Shown here piece after piece: positions 24,497 to 37,038 of a stretch of DNA of 64,000 bases. The notes under the pieces were generated by a model. That model was not told the DNA's origin, did no database searches, and worked only from the letters and a program-made list of their open reading frames with translations. This DNA comes from Amoebophrya sp. A120 (Eukaryota; Protista; Dinoflagellata). Both the position numbers and the translations under genes were made by a program. The number at the start of each line of letters is the position of its first letter. The first letter of the stretch is position 1. Where the stretch lies: the NCBI GenBank assembly GCA_905178155.1, contig CAJINV010000011.1:2590485-2654484 (forward strand), given 5' to 3'.

Positions 24497-26490
24497 TCAC
24501 TCCACAGCCATCGCATTGTTGCCGCCCCCGCCGGCAGGTCTGTTTCCATTTCCAGCAGGATTGTTTGCTGTAGTTGCGGACGTCTTGCCGATCACCTTCA
24601 GCCGTCCTTTTGGATCTTCGACCTGGGACGCACGAGAGAGCAATTCTTCGTAGGCGTCGAGCAAAACGCGGACGGATTCTTTCGCCTCATAAAATTCCTC
24701 CAATTCCCCGTTCGCCTCGAGAAAGTGCCATACGTAAGCCTTGTTGAAAAAAAGCTGCAGGTACCGCTGGTACTGGTGCAGGAAAAGACTGCGGATCGCG
24801 GTGGCTGATGTGACGGTATGTTAGGATTTTGACGTACAGGTAAATATTTTTGAAATGCATGTTGCTTGTGGTGTCAATAAAGAACTCAAAACTATTTGTC
24901 TCCTACGATGCCTTTGCCTATACCGACGTAAAAAAACAAACTTCATGAATACTATTTCCTATCAAGCAGGTCTGCATGGGTGCGTTTGCCATCGCCCCTT
25001 TGAGCGCATTAGGCTGTGACGCCTTCGCGGGCGTGATCCCCAATTTCCAGCTTTGCGCGTTGGCCCACGGCAGGAAGTTCATGCTTTGTCTTTTTATCAG
25101 CGTGTCCACACTCCGTCGCACGTCGTCCCGCTCGATTTTGCGCAATTTTCCCGCCTTGTTCGGTTCCTCTGCCGACGGCGCGCCCTGCACGGAGCCGCGG
25201 ACCAGCAACGACGCGGCGAGAAAGCGGTTGAGCTTCAGGGTGTGGCCGACGTTGCACATCACGTTTCGGCCCTTCAGCAAGTCCTGTATTACGTCGCCGT
25301 CGCCGCCCACCGTGAACCCCTTCTTTGCCCGTTCCGACGAGGGGGAGCAGAGGGGGGACAGGGACAAAACGCAGTACCGGAACGGCTTCGCGGGAACCAG
25401 GTTGGCGCACAGCTCGGGGAGTTTCGCTGCCAACTCGCACTCGTAGCGGAGCGAGGTCGTCGCCATGGAAACCGCCTGCGCGAGCAGGGCGTTGATGTGG
25501 TTGAAAGACGGCTTTGCACGACTTGATGAGGATGATGAACTAGAAGTCGACTTCGCATTCTTGCTACTCGACGAGGAGGACGAACTGCTCGAGCTGCTGG
25601 TCGTTTTTGAGGATTTCGCCAAGTCGAAATTTGCACACGCGCTGCCACAGTTCTCGTTGTCGAGGCAGAATGTGAGGTCCGACCCGTCGACCGTGTTGGC
25701 GGTGTGCAGGACGGCATTGTAGGGTTCGCAGACCGTGCCCGAGTAGTTCGGGCTGGGGTAAATACCTGTGTTGTAAAATTCAACAGGTGAATTTTTACAG
25801 CTTTAATCACCAGCGTATAAAAAAATACTTAATGCAATAAACAAAAATGAAGTTTTTAGTCAGCCTAGCACTGCCAGGCGACGAAGAGGCGCACTTGTAC
25901 TACTTGCAACAACCATGATGCATACCACATTGTATGCTTTGCGCTTTCCCCCCGAGTAAGTCATCCCGTATTATTTTCAACAATTCCGCGCCGATTCCGG
26001 ACCCGGTTCCGCCCCCGACGGAGTGAAATGTGAAAAAGCCCTGCACCCGATCGCAGTCGTCGCTGACCTTCCGCAGCCTTTCCGTCACTTCGTCCAAAAT
26101 CTTGTACTCCCGGGCCTGCGTGCGCGCCTCGCAGAAGTTAGCCCGGCAGTCCTGCTTGTAGGCGAGAAGATTATCAGGGTGAAATAAATCCCTGACATTC
26201 GAGTTCGCGGCGTAGAGTTCGTCCTTGTAGCTCGGGTCCGTGTCCATGAAAACCGCCCGCGGCACCATCTGCCCCGACCGCATTTCGCTGAAGAAGGTGC
26301 CGGCCTGTCCTGTGTTCGACGCGCCTCCATTTGCTGAGCTTTCCCTTCCCGCCTGCTGCAGCTGCGAGGCGGTCAGTTTCGTTCCCTTTGAAGGTTGAAT
26401 GTCATGCTCCGTGGCAAACTGTTGCCAGAGCTCCTGGCCGATGCGGCACCCCGCTTGCCCCAAGTGCAAACAAACGACTTCGTTGACCAT
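24497..26490 (-). CDS. Highly divergent alpha-tubulin-like protein; exons 26490-25926, 25765-24953, 24804-24497
   Basis: LHLGQAGCRIG, TFFSE...VPRAVFMD, LFHP, FHSVGGGTGSG, IYPSP...EPYNAVL, DNE, SLRY, NLVP, NTTAI, KAYVWHF, EEFYEAKE. Two GT-AG introns. Confidence 0.85.
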
Positions 26491-27370
26491 GGTTGTTCTT
26501 CCTATGAAAAGCGCGATTCGGATTCTATGTCTATCGCTCGTGTTACATGGTTTTAGTTTACCGAACCGATCAGATATCATGCACGCAAGTAGTCCAAATA
26601 AAGCGAAAGCAATCCGGTGGCGTCGTGGCACACGGTAATTTTTTTGATCATAAAATCGCAGCAAGACAAATTGTGCAGCTTGTGATGGAATGGACCGAAA
26701 GATGTTATCGAACGGACTCCTGGCATATACACACCAACGGCACGACCTGCACCCATCAAGCAAGTCCGCCTGCATGTGTCAGCACTTGCATTGCCCACCG
26801 GCGGTATCAACGTCGGCACTTTTCGAGCATAGAAAAATGATACGAGTACGTCTTGCAGCCAACCAGGTAACACCAACAACTGCTGTTAATTGCATTCGCA
26901 GAAAATAAAATCCAAGATGAAAACTGCGATTTTTAGAAATGCTGTGAGATGATGGGCATAGTACCAGTGTGGTTTTGCATTTGGTGCAAATAAACTCGTA
27001 GCGCGAAAAGAAAGCAACACCTGCTATGCCCGGATGCATTCTCTGCTTAAATTGCATTGAAAACAAACAGATACAACAGGAAAGCTACATGAAAAGTGGT
27101 TTTCAATAGAACAAACAAAATGAAAAAAAAAAATGTGTAGAAGCTAGAGCTGAATTGACGGTCACAAAAATCGATACCCAAAAGAAAAATACTACTCACT
27201 CAAAGAGCATCCATTCATTAATACGATTTTCTTCGAAATCAGTTGAGGGCCGCAGCAGAAAAATCTAAATCTTGAAACATAACGTAATTCACCATGAACA
27301 AACGAAAATAAAAAACACAAACACAATATCATGCTAACAAAACAAACTCGTCCTGCCAAATTGTAATTCT

Positions 27371-30300
27371 TCACTGGACCCTCGCCGTCGTGACCCAGTT
27401 TCGTGTTGCGTCGACCGCACAGATACCTTTCATCTGCTTCAGATGCCAGACCAGTTCGTGGTCGGGAAACGACGCCGCATGCTTGAACTCGGTGTGCAGG
27501 CGAAGTTTTTGCGACACCTGGGACAGCGGAATGCCCTCCGGGTAGCGCAGCAGCAACACACGCATTGACGCGTTGAGGAGCTCCAGGTCAACTTCTACGC
27601 CAGCACCGGTTTGGCTCGATTTCTGTCCCTGCAGATGAAGTCCCTGCTGTACCACGCCGCAGGGAAGAACCGCCGCCCCGCTGCTGTTCTCGGTAGTTGC
27701 TCCACCTGTTTTTCCACCGGGTGAGTAGGAGTACGCCGTTGGTAGAGAAGTCGCCCGCGAAAGACTGGATTCTTTCTTGTGGAGAAACTTATTTTGCGTA
27801 GTAGAAGTTGAAGTTGTACTAGATCCCGCGGCTTTTGCATTGTACGATAGCCGCCCAGGGCCTGGAAGTGCCGAAGGTGTGCGTTGCGAGGTGGTGCTTG
27901 CAGCGGCGTTCTCGTTGTCCATCTTCTTCCCACTGGTCTTTGTACTATATTGTTGCTCAGATGAATTTGATTCTTGCTCGGACATCAGGCTGTTCTTGCC
28001 CGCCACCGAATCGGGAGTAGCGTACGCGTAGGCTGGTTCCCCGAGCGAGGAGTTGTCCGTGTTTCTTGACGACCTGCCGTCCTCACTTGCATCCTTGCTG
28101 ACGCAGCGCGGGGGCGTGGTCAGGGCTGCGAGGGGCGGTGGAGAGGCGACCGCACGGTCTGAGGACGGAGGAGAAATCATAGCCGGGGCTGCTGTTGTAT
28201 TGAGTGGGGAGAGAATCTTGTATGATCACGACCTCACATCGCTTTATTTTCATCGACGGTGGATCACACCCACCGCCTTCACTATGTATCCAGCACCACG
28301 TAAGTCCGTCGAAAACGAGGTCGTGGGACGAGACAATAGTCAATTTCAATTTCAATCACCAGTATCATGTATTTTTCTTTTCTACCATCGCTGCTGCAAG
28401 GCTGAGCCCCCATCATTTGTTCGTCCAGGGCGTCTACCCGCTCGGCCTTCGTGTCTTCCTCTTCAAGGGCGTCTCCCAAAAACAGATTCAGCATGTGGCA
28501 CACCTCGCCCGCGCAGGGGTGTTGCATCTCCTCGGCAACGCGCAATACCATCAGGAACCGCGTGTCTGGGGTAGAAGATTCGTGTAAAAAAAATATTTCT
28601 TGCAATACAAATACCAATGGTTTGGCCGCATCAATCTATCATCGAGTTTCTGAAAACTTAACCTCAACACGACTACATGAGACAGGAAGTAGACTACAAT
28701 CAAGTGTTAGTGTATCTACCTCTCTTTATAAACACGGAGGCTTCTTGCGCTCGCGAGACAAGCTGCAAAGCCTTTTTGAACTTTTGCCACAGCGCCTCGT
28801 CGTAGGGATTGTCTTTGGAGTCCACGTCGATATAACCTGTGACGAGACGTAAGGGCGTTGGTATATTAGCTATCAATCACGATCCAGAAACCAGGGGTGG
28901 TCACAAGAACGTTATTCACTTATCACTTCTGCAACGAAAGTAGACTCCGCCCTGGGGAAGTAGATCTAAGTACGGACATTTACACATGTCATCACTGGAG
29001 AAGAAATGCCAACATACAAAAGCTGGAGAGGGCCCTGCGTCTTCTCTTCTCCCCGTCTACCAACCAGCACGACATGAAAACTACGACAAATTTTCTACTT
29101 GAACTTGTCAATACCTTGAAAGTCCTTCAGTTTCCGATCGTGCGCGACCACCCGTTGCCGCACTGTCGCGTCGTAGGCGACGCTGAAATGCCCGACCAAA
29201 ACCCCGTCCACGATGTCCATACAATGAGTGATCAGGCTCGCCGCCCGCTCTCCGACCTCCGCAATGGACGTCGTCCACGCAGCCATTTCTGGAATTTTGT
29301 TTGCTGTGGTAGTGGCTGTTGTACTACTAATTCCTGCTTCATCTGAAGACGGCGGCGTCTGTGCTGGTTCTTCCGTCGTTCTTTCGGTACTATTTTTCTC
29401 TTCCTGGTGTACTTCCGCTTCCTCTGTCGCAGATAGACATAGAGCAGTGGATTTGCATTTGATCTCTTCGACATCACGAACATCATCTTCAGAACAAGTA
29501 ACAGAACTCTCCATTGGCATTGCATTCCTTTCCGCTTCCTCCTTCCGCAATTTCTCGAGTGCCCGCTTCTGCATCTTGTGCAGCAAGTAGTTTTGCAGCA
29601 CCTTTTCCGTCGGCAGCGCGCGGTGCTGGAAACTCAAATCCTCGATGGCTTCGTACAGCAAATCAACTTCGGTGGTCCCATCCACCATCAGAAGGTCTTT
29701 CGACCGGGCGCGCACAAACCCGTAGTAGTTGGTGGTCGTAGTTAATATTACTTCTTCTTGCATCATATTCTCATTCTCGAGGACGGCCGCTGGGTGTTGA
29801 TCTTGTTCATGTTGGAGGTAGTTATCCTGATCGAACTGCGAATCGCTTGGGTTGTTTCCCTTGCCGCAGCCCCCCAGCATCGCTGCATACGATGAAGTGA
29901 CGTCGTGGTCCACAGTGTTTGTCCCTACCAATGGAGCAGCTACGGTTTTCGTACAAGAGGAGGTTGGGTTGTGGACCACGTGACTCTCAGCATCTTTTTC
30001 CTCCAGGTCCTCGCATTGCACTTGTGGGGAGGTCGCGATAGTGGTTTTTGCATCGGGCGATTCCAGCAGCAAGGACTCATCTGCAGGTAGGTGGGGCGAC
30101 AACGCGGGAATGGGTTCATCATGTCCAGTAGCTCCCGCTCCTGCAGATAGCATCCGTTCCGCTGCGCCAGTGTGTGCTGTTGGGGTTCTTTCAGCACCAG
30201 AATGTTCTTGTGGTTTGTCTTCATCTCCCAGTGGTCGCAGTGGAGTTTGTTTATTTTCCACAGAAGCGGCGTCTTTGTCCTCTTGGGCAGTAGAAGAACG

Positions 30301-33300
30301 AGTTGCATTGTGTGGGTGCACCTTCTCAACAAGTCGTTCGCCATTATCAACGACGGAAGATGTTGCAACTGAGGTCGTCTCGATATTTTCATTCGTCTCC
30401 ACCACCAGCCCCTCACTCTGTAGCTTCGACGAGATCTTCGGCGTTTTTCCCTCAGTCTGCTCTCCTTCCGCGACCATGGTACAAGTATCCGCAGTTGCTT
30501 TCGGTTCTCCTTCCTCGTGCCCAAGAACTACAGAAGACGAAACTACCAACGCCGGCTGCTGATGAGGCGACAGCGAGAGGCTGGAAGCGTTGCACAGCCC
30601 TGAGTCGTCAACTTCGCCACTGTGTGTGGTCCCGGGCACCACTGTGGACAGCTGCGCCGGAGTCGGCGACGCAGCAGTACCGCGGTGGAGGTGAACCTTC
30701 TTCGGAGGCAGTTCAGGGGTGAGCAGGTCTCTGTTCTGCCGAAGGAGCTCCGTGCGGAGAGGGAGGTCGGGTGAAGAAGCGGTTTTGATACTTTCGACAT
30801 GCTGATCATGTTCAGGAGCATCTCCAGCATCTGTCGTCTTATTTTTGCCGTCCTTGTCCTTGTTGCCTGTCGCGGCACCAGCTGTTGTACCAGGAGCAGC
30901 CTGCTTCGCTGTACAAAAACTTTGTCTCCCGACGTTCGGTCCCTGGTATTCGCGGATCAAGTTTTCCATGCACTTCTATCCATTGCAAAAATATCGCACT
31001 CGTATGAATTGCATTACAAACTAGCGCAGCATGAAAAAGGAGATTTGTAGTGCTGTTTTAGCATCGGAAAGAGATTTTCCATGCATTATATTCGCAATTA
31101 CTACAAATGCGATTATACTTTTGCAATGCATAACTTTGAGGCGGTGCCAACCGGCGAGAGGCCTGGTGGCGCGGCGGCGGTCAAAGCCGACAAGTGGTCC
31201 ACATTTTGAAGATCCGCGGACAACATCACACCTAGGGGCGATTGAAGACAAGATGAGAGCCGCGGGCCTGTCAGAGGTAGGTTTGCGACGTTGATTCGGA
31301 ATTTTCCCTTCCTCGACACGCTGCTGGCAAGAGCAACTGGCTGCAGAGACTTCTTCAGAGGTGTACTAACTGCGTACAACTAGAAGCCTGCTCTATAACA
31401 GTTCCTGTTCTTTCCTTCTTCGAAAACGATACTAGACTTCGTCCAAAGGAGGTGACAGTCATGATCACGATCATGATGATAAAAGAGTTAGACGAGTATA
31501 TCGATCAGCATAACAAAAAAAGCTATGTTGTATCAACTACAGACATGATATACCGCCTTGCATCTTCAGCGCACGGTGCACTTGTATTTTTCCTGGCGTG
31601 CCGCGGTGTTGCTCCGGCGTTCCCTCCAATGCGCGCGCGGCTTTCAGAGCCGCGAGCTCCTTTTCCAATTGCTGGATCTGTACACGAGCCGCGAAGATCA
31701 TGCACATTCATGCGCTTACGCTTTAACATTCTTTAGCACACCAATAGTAATGAAGATAAAAAAACGCCTATCTGCGCGGAAATAATTTGACAGACGTTCA
31801 CGTTCTCGTTCTTGCCAAAGTCATTAGTCTACTTCTACTTGCTCACACGGGATACCGAGCGAAGAAAATCACGTTGTTCGACGTTCCTATTTCCATTCAG
31901 ATTTACCTTCCGATCCTTCGCGGACGGTGGCCCGGCCCGGCTGTTGTGCATTGTTACCACCTGCTGCGCCGCAGGTCCAGCACTTCCTCCCGTCGCCGTC
32001 CCAGCGTTCTTCGCGACAGGGGCTGGCGGGGGTGGGGGTGGGGGCGGGGGTGGCGGCGGAGCGTCCGATTTCCGTGCCGCGTACCGCAATCCATTGGGCA
32101 ACTTCCGGGAGGAAGTGGGTGCTCGCATGTTCGTGGCCGCCCCCGAGCCGTAGTACTGATGCTGCGCTTGGTGTTGGTGTGGTCCTGCTCCAGAGGTCGG
32201 TCCGTGTTGAGAGAAGGTGGTATGATGGTACGCCCCGCCCTGTTGCGCCTGCGCAACTGAAACTGCTGCAGCTGGTGCGCCGGTCGGGTGCGCTATCACA
32301 ACAGCGGGGTCTGGAAAGTTTCTTTGTTTATACTTTTATTTGCCGTTCAAGTCTATCAAGAACAAAAAACGTTGCAACACATCTTGTTCGTTTGATAAAT
32401 TTTTCGCAAGCAGGCTTCTTCTATTTCTTTGTATTCTGATAGCACCGAAGCGGTTTCGAGTATTTATATGCGCTCTAAGCAACGAGCTCACTCAGGGTTA
32501 GGACCCACGCCACAGGCGCATTATCATTAACATCAAACCGTCAATACACGATTGCACTGGAGCCGGCACCATAACGGGAGCGGAAATGGCGTGGAGTGGC
32601 GGGCTGCAATGCGGCGACGCATACGGAGTAGAGATGATGTACTGCTGGTGCGGAGACAATAACAAAGCCGCTTTGTGAGCACTCGCAACATCAGCCTCGC
32701 TGCCGGGCGGCGTCGTTTTCTTCTTCTCGGGAGTAGCCGCGATAAAAACACCAGCACTTCTCTGCGTTTGTTCCATACCTGCAGCAGCTCCTGGTGTAGC
32801 TGCAGCTACCACACTGGTGCGAGCAGATGCTGCGTTGTGGTCAGCTGCTCCCGCATCTCCTCCTGCGGTGGCGTTGTAGTACGCGAGCGTTGCTGGGTCC
32901 ATCACAGTAGCAGCGTAAGCGGTTGCGCCGGGAACAACAGTCGTAGTTCCACCCCCAGCAGGAGTTCCTCCTGCGGGAATAATACCCCCTGCCGCCTGTT
33001 GCAGGTCTCGCGCGGCGGCCATCGCCCCCGCCGCCTCCGCGGCCTGCAACGCCGCTGTCGCGGGGTCCGCAGCTCCGTAAGGTCCCAGACCCGGCGGTGG
33101 ACTCCCGTGATACATGGTGCTCGTGTACCCGGCGGCCGCGGCCGACACTTGGTGCTGGTGGTACGCCGCCGCGGCGGCTGGGTCGAGGTTCTGCAAGTAA
33201 GACGATACCATCGCGCTGGCCGCTACGTCCTCCGGTTTTCCACCCGCAACAGCAGCCTCGGCTGGTGAAGATCCTGCAGTCGCCTGTCCTGGTGAACCAG

Positions 33301-33781
33301 TCCCAACCATAACAGAAGACGGCCCGACTCCACCGGGTGCGACACTGAGGAAATGGTCCCAAGTAGTCGGCGCAGTTGTACCGGGAACGTGAATCGCCGT
33401 TGCAGCTGCAGCCCCGCCTCCTGGCGCACCTCCAGCTCCGGGCAGTGCGGAAGTAACCGCCGTGTGGTAGTGGTGCACCGTGCCGGTGGTCGGGTCCACG
33501 ATTTCGTACGAGGCCGGCGTCGGCATGTAGGTCGCGGGATCATAGTAGGCGGCAGCCGCAGCCGCGGAGGTAGTACTGTGGTAAGTCGCCGGGTCGTACT
33601 GATGGGGGTCCAGAGACGCGACCGGACTGCGCATCGCGGCCCGTTGGGTTGACGGCGGCGCTACGGCACGCTGCCAAGAATGATCCGAGGAAGCGACCTC
33701 CACGTGGTCGTAATGATTCGCTCCTGCTCCGTGCTGTGCTGCGGCTGCTGCCTCGTGCTGTTGATGTTGTTGGTCCACCAT
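27371..33781 (-). CDS. Large multi-exon putative RNA-binding protein with C-terminal OST-HTH/LOTUS-like domain; exact boundaries of exons at ~31.3-31.8 kb uncertain
   Basis: Ala/Tyr/His/Pro-rich N-terminus; LLYEAIEDLS; DFQGYIDVDSKDNPYDEALW; C-terminal LLLRYPEGIPLSQVSQKL. Most ORFs are linked by GT-AG introns plus one introner. Confidence 0.6.
30977..31132. mobile_element. Introner-type intron, TGCAAAA family
   Basis: TATCCATTGCAAAAATATCGCACTCGTA ... TACTTTTGCAATGCATA. TSD ACTTC/ACTTT. Removing 161 nt gives GTASKCMEN. Confidence 0.85.
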
Positions 33782-34065
33782 TCGATCCTCTATTCGTGAT
33801 CGATTCACGACCAAAAAGAGCAGGAGACCAGCCGGTCAAACGAAGATCGTGGCTTTTTACGCAGGGGTTGTCAGTAGAGTAGATATTTATCCCTTGATAT
33901 TCTGTCGACGCACGACAGGTTCTCTTTTGCTGGCGTGAATCGCAACGCCGTGAGTTTGGTTTTTCTGAACTTGCACGTTGAAGGAGCCTCAAAGAAAAGA
34001 CATCAGCAAAACCGACAATTATCTATAATACTATTCAAAAAATTCTGGCGGGCGCGGGGTTGCAA

Positions 34066-34272
34066 GCTACTAGTAGGAATCCTACTAGTGGAAAGCTGCT
34101 AGTAGGAAAACGGCTACTAGTAGAAATCCTGCTAGTGTTTTTAGCGTGACAAAAAAGCGCGAGAGGTACTAGTGACAGGCGCCACTAGTGAAGGCGCTCA
34201 CTAGTGGAGCCACTAGTGACAAAAAACCCGACTTTGGGGAAAGCGGAAACACTAGTGAGAAACACTAGTGAG
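34066..34272. repeat. Cluster of (A/G)CTAGT motif repeats at the edge of a GC-rich, A-poor ~1-kb block
   Basis: About 11 copies of CTACTAGT, CACTAGTG or CTGCTAGT within ~200 bp. Confidence 0.7.
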
Positions 34273-35575
34273 AAAACCTGCCAAATTGGGAAACTCGCTG
34301 GGAGGGGCCGAGGCGCCCGCTGCCCCGCCCCCAGGTGGCCTTCGGACCTGCCTGCCGTGGTCCGGGCCCTTGGCCTTGGCTTAGATGCCTGGCGGTTCGC
34401 GTTTGGCTGCCCACGGCTGAAGTCGCTCTGCTTTGTGGCGCCCCGTCCCCTTCCACTTCTGTTGCGAGCGATTTGGCGCAAGTTTGCGCCTTCTCTGCCG
34501 CCTGTTGCTCTGCAGGCCGGGCTTGGTCCTGTGCGCACTGCCGACCAAGGGGGCTCTTCGGGCGCGCCGGGGCTGCCTGATTTTGCTTTGTTTCCTTGCT
34601 TTGGGTTTCCGAGCGTGTTTTCGGTTTCTTTGCGGCCCGCCTCCTTCTCCTTTCGCTTCCAACGCTTCCGCGTTGCCTCGTCCTCGGCAATAGGTGGGCC
34701 TTCGCTTTGGCCTGCTTGCTCTTTTTTTTTGATCTGTCTGGCTTCTAGCAAGAGCCACATCCAGCGCCCCCCCTGCCTTTCCGTCGCAGCCCTCCTTGCC
34801 TGTTGTGCTTTATTTTTGCTTGGTGCTCGCCGGGTTTCTTGTCTTTCGGCCGTCGGCGCGCTCTTTTCGTTCTGCTTCGTGTGGCTAGCCCCCCGAGCCT
34901 TCGCAAAGGGTCTGCGCACGCTCTCCGCCGCACCTGTTTGCGGAGGCTTGGAAAGCGGCTGCGCTCTGTGCCCCCTACCGCTCCTCGCACCTAGCGGCCT
35001 TGACTCTACCTACGCTTCTTTCGCTCCCACCAAGGGAGGAGAGGCGGGAGAGCTGCCGTTTCTCTTTTTCGCTTCTCGCGCCAACAAAGTTTCAGCGTCT
35101 AGGGATGGTCACTGGCCGCGGCCACGCTCTTTTCCCCTCGCCCCCCCTTGCAACCCCTCGTCGCCGGGCCGGCGGGCGCGGCGCGCACGCCCGTTCTAGA
35201 TACTTACTTATATTGTTTTTGGATCAACATGATCAATCGAGGACGCTTCTATCTTTACGACGTCGTTGTACATGTGCCGACTACAACGACGGTGGAAGGC
35301 CGAACACATAGTGGACAAGAATCCCGCTCCCACGACACGAGGAGTGGGGGGAAAGGCTTGCAGAGTCTGTGTTGCTCATCACAAGTTTTCGTTTTCGTTT
35401 TTTATCATCAAGATCAACTAGCTAGTACTGAGGCATATGTCGAGTAACATCAACGTCAACGGGCCGTCTCGTTGGCGGGATGGTGAAGCGAACGCATCAA
35501 AACTATACTTTGAAATAAAACCGCACATTCATGAGTTGTATAACCTTGTTCTTATCGTCCACCAACGCTACAACC

Positions 35576-36313
35576 TCAATAGAGTGGAAAGCTGTCCGCG
35601 CCTATGTAGCCGGTCACCTTCGGGTGCCAGCCGTAGTTTTGTTTCGCTTTTTGCAGGAACGAGCGGTACAGGTGGCGGGCGAGGTGCAGCATCTCATTGC
35701 TGTAAAGCGCTGCTCGTTTGCTTTCTGCCGCATACGCGCCCGCAGACTGCATCATCATCTGGGGTTTTGATTCGGATTTTTACATTGACGACGACGCGAG
35801 GATTTGTGCTATGCATCAGCACAGATAAAATTGCTCATTTTGAACTTGAAGGTGGTGGATTCGCGTCTACAATAATGAGGACATCCTAGTTCATCCAATA
35901 GGCATAAAATATCAAATTCACAGTAGTTGATGCTTGAATCACATTCTTACCGAAGGATCCTGCGCTCCGGGCATGGGTACGATGGCTGCAGATGGGGATC
36001 CGGCGACGGCCGGGGAAATCATAGGTGGTTTTCCGTACTCGCCGGGTCGTGCGCCCAGGAAGAAAAAGTCCTCACCCGGGCGAAACTTGAAGCGGTGCGA
36101 GATCGTTTGCCCCATCACGTCGCAGGTATTTGTGCCTTTCCCGCTCTGCGACGCACACTTGCTGGGAAGCCCGTGCGTCACCCGGGTGAGCGCCTGCTTG
36201 TACTTCTGTTTTCGCCCGGGAATCGCCTGCAACGCCGGGGGAAGGGGGTCGGCGGTCGTATCCACGCCCCCACCATCATCTCCCAACCCGAGGCCACCGA
36301 GAAACTCCGTCAT
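35576..36313 (-). CDS. Hypothetical two-exon protein
   Basis: ORF MTEFLGG...AQDPS, donor GTAAGA, acceptor CCCCAG, then MMMQSAG...SFPLY. Phase 0 at both ends. Confidence 0.55.
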
Positions 36314-37038
36314 TTTTCAGGAAAAAACTCAGTAGAGCGAAATAACTTGTAGCTCAAATACTGCTTGATTGCGATGAGCCGTAGGCTTTTGCGTTGTACA
36401 ATGCTTTTTCATCGAAGTAACCTTCTAAATACGATTTTAATTCAAGTCCTGTTTTCGAGCCAAGAAAGTGAACGACAAGACCGATGAAGCCATATATTTT
36501 TGATGTCGAATGACTACGAAGAATATACAGGCGGTGTCATGATGTCACCAGCATCGGTAACGAACGGCATGAAGAATTCGTCCGCGGGCGAATAGCACGA
36601 TTAGGATTCCGACGACTGGATGCACACGATCACGATCACGATAAAATCCGACGAATATTATCGAAGCCTGCGTGCTCTCCGTAGCGACAATTTTTTCCGC
36701 TTTGACACTGTATCGAAAGGACGAAGCATGTGCTTTTAACGATACAGACAACAAAGAATTTTTCCTTTGTGGTACCAGCACGGACTCACCGCTGGGATTC
36801 GTCCTAACTGCTCCAGATCCAGATTGGATCTGATGTGCAAGATGAGGTGAAGCTCGTTGGAGGATTCTTATCGTACATCAATTTCAGTGGTGGCACGAAT
36901 GCCACACCGAGGTGAAACAGAAACAGTAGGGAACAAGACAACAACGTTTCATCTTCGTACAAGACAATGAATAACAAAAGCTCAATTAGGTGAAATACAA
37001 TATTGGAATAGAATTACATTGAGATCAAATCATGATGC

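Noticed and set aside
34185-35199. ORFs of 331 aa (+) and 244 aa (-)
   Set aside because: They arise from base skew and low complexity; the sequences are not protein-like.
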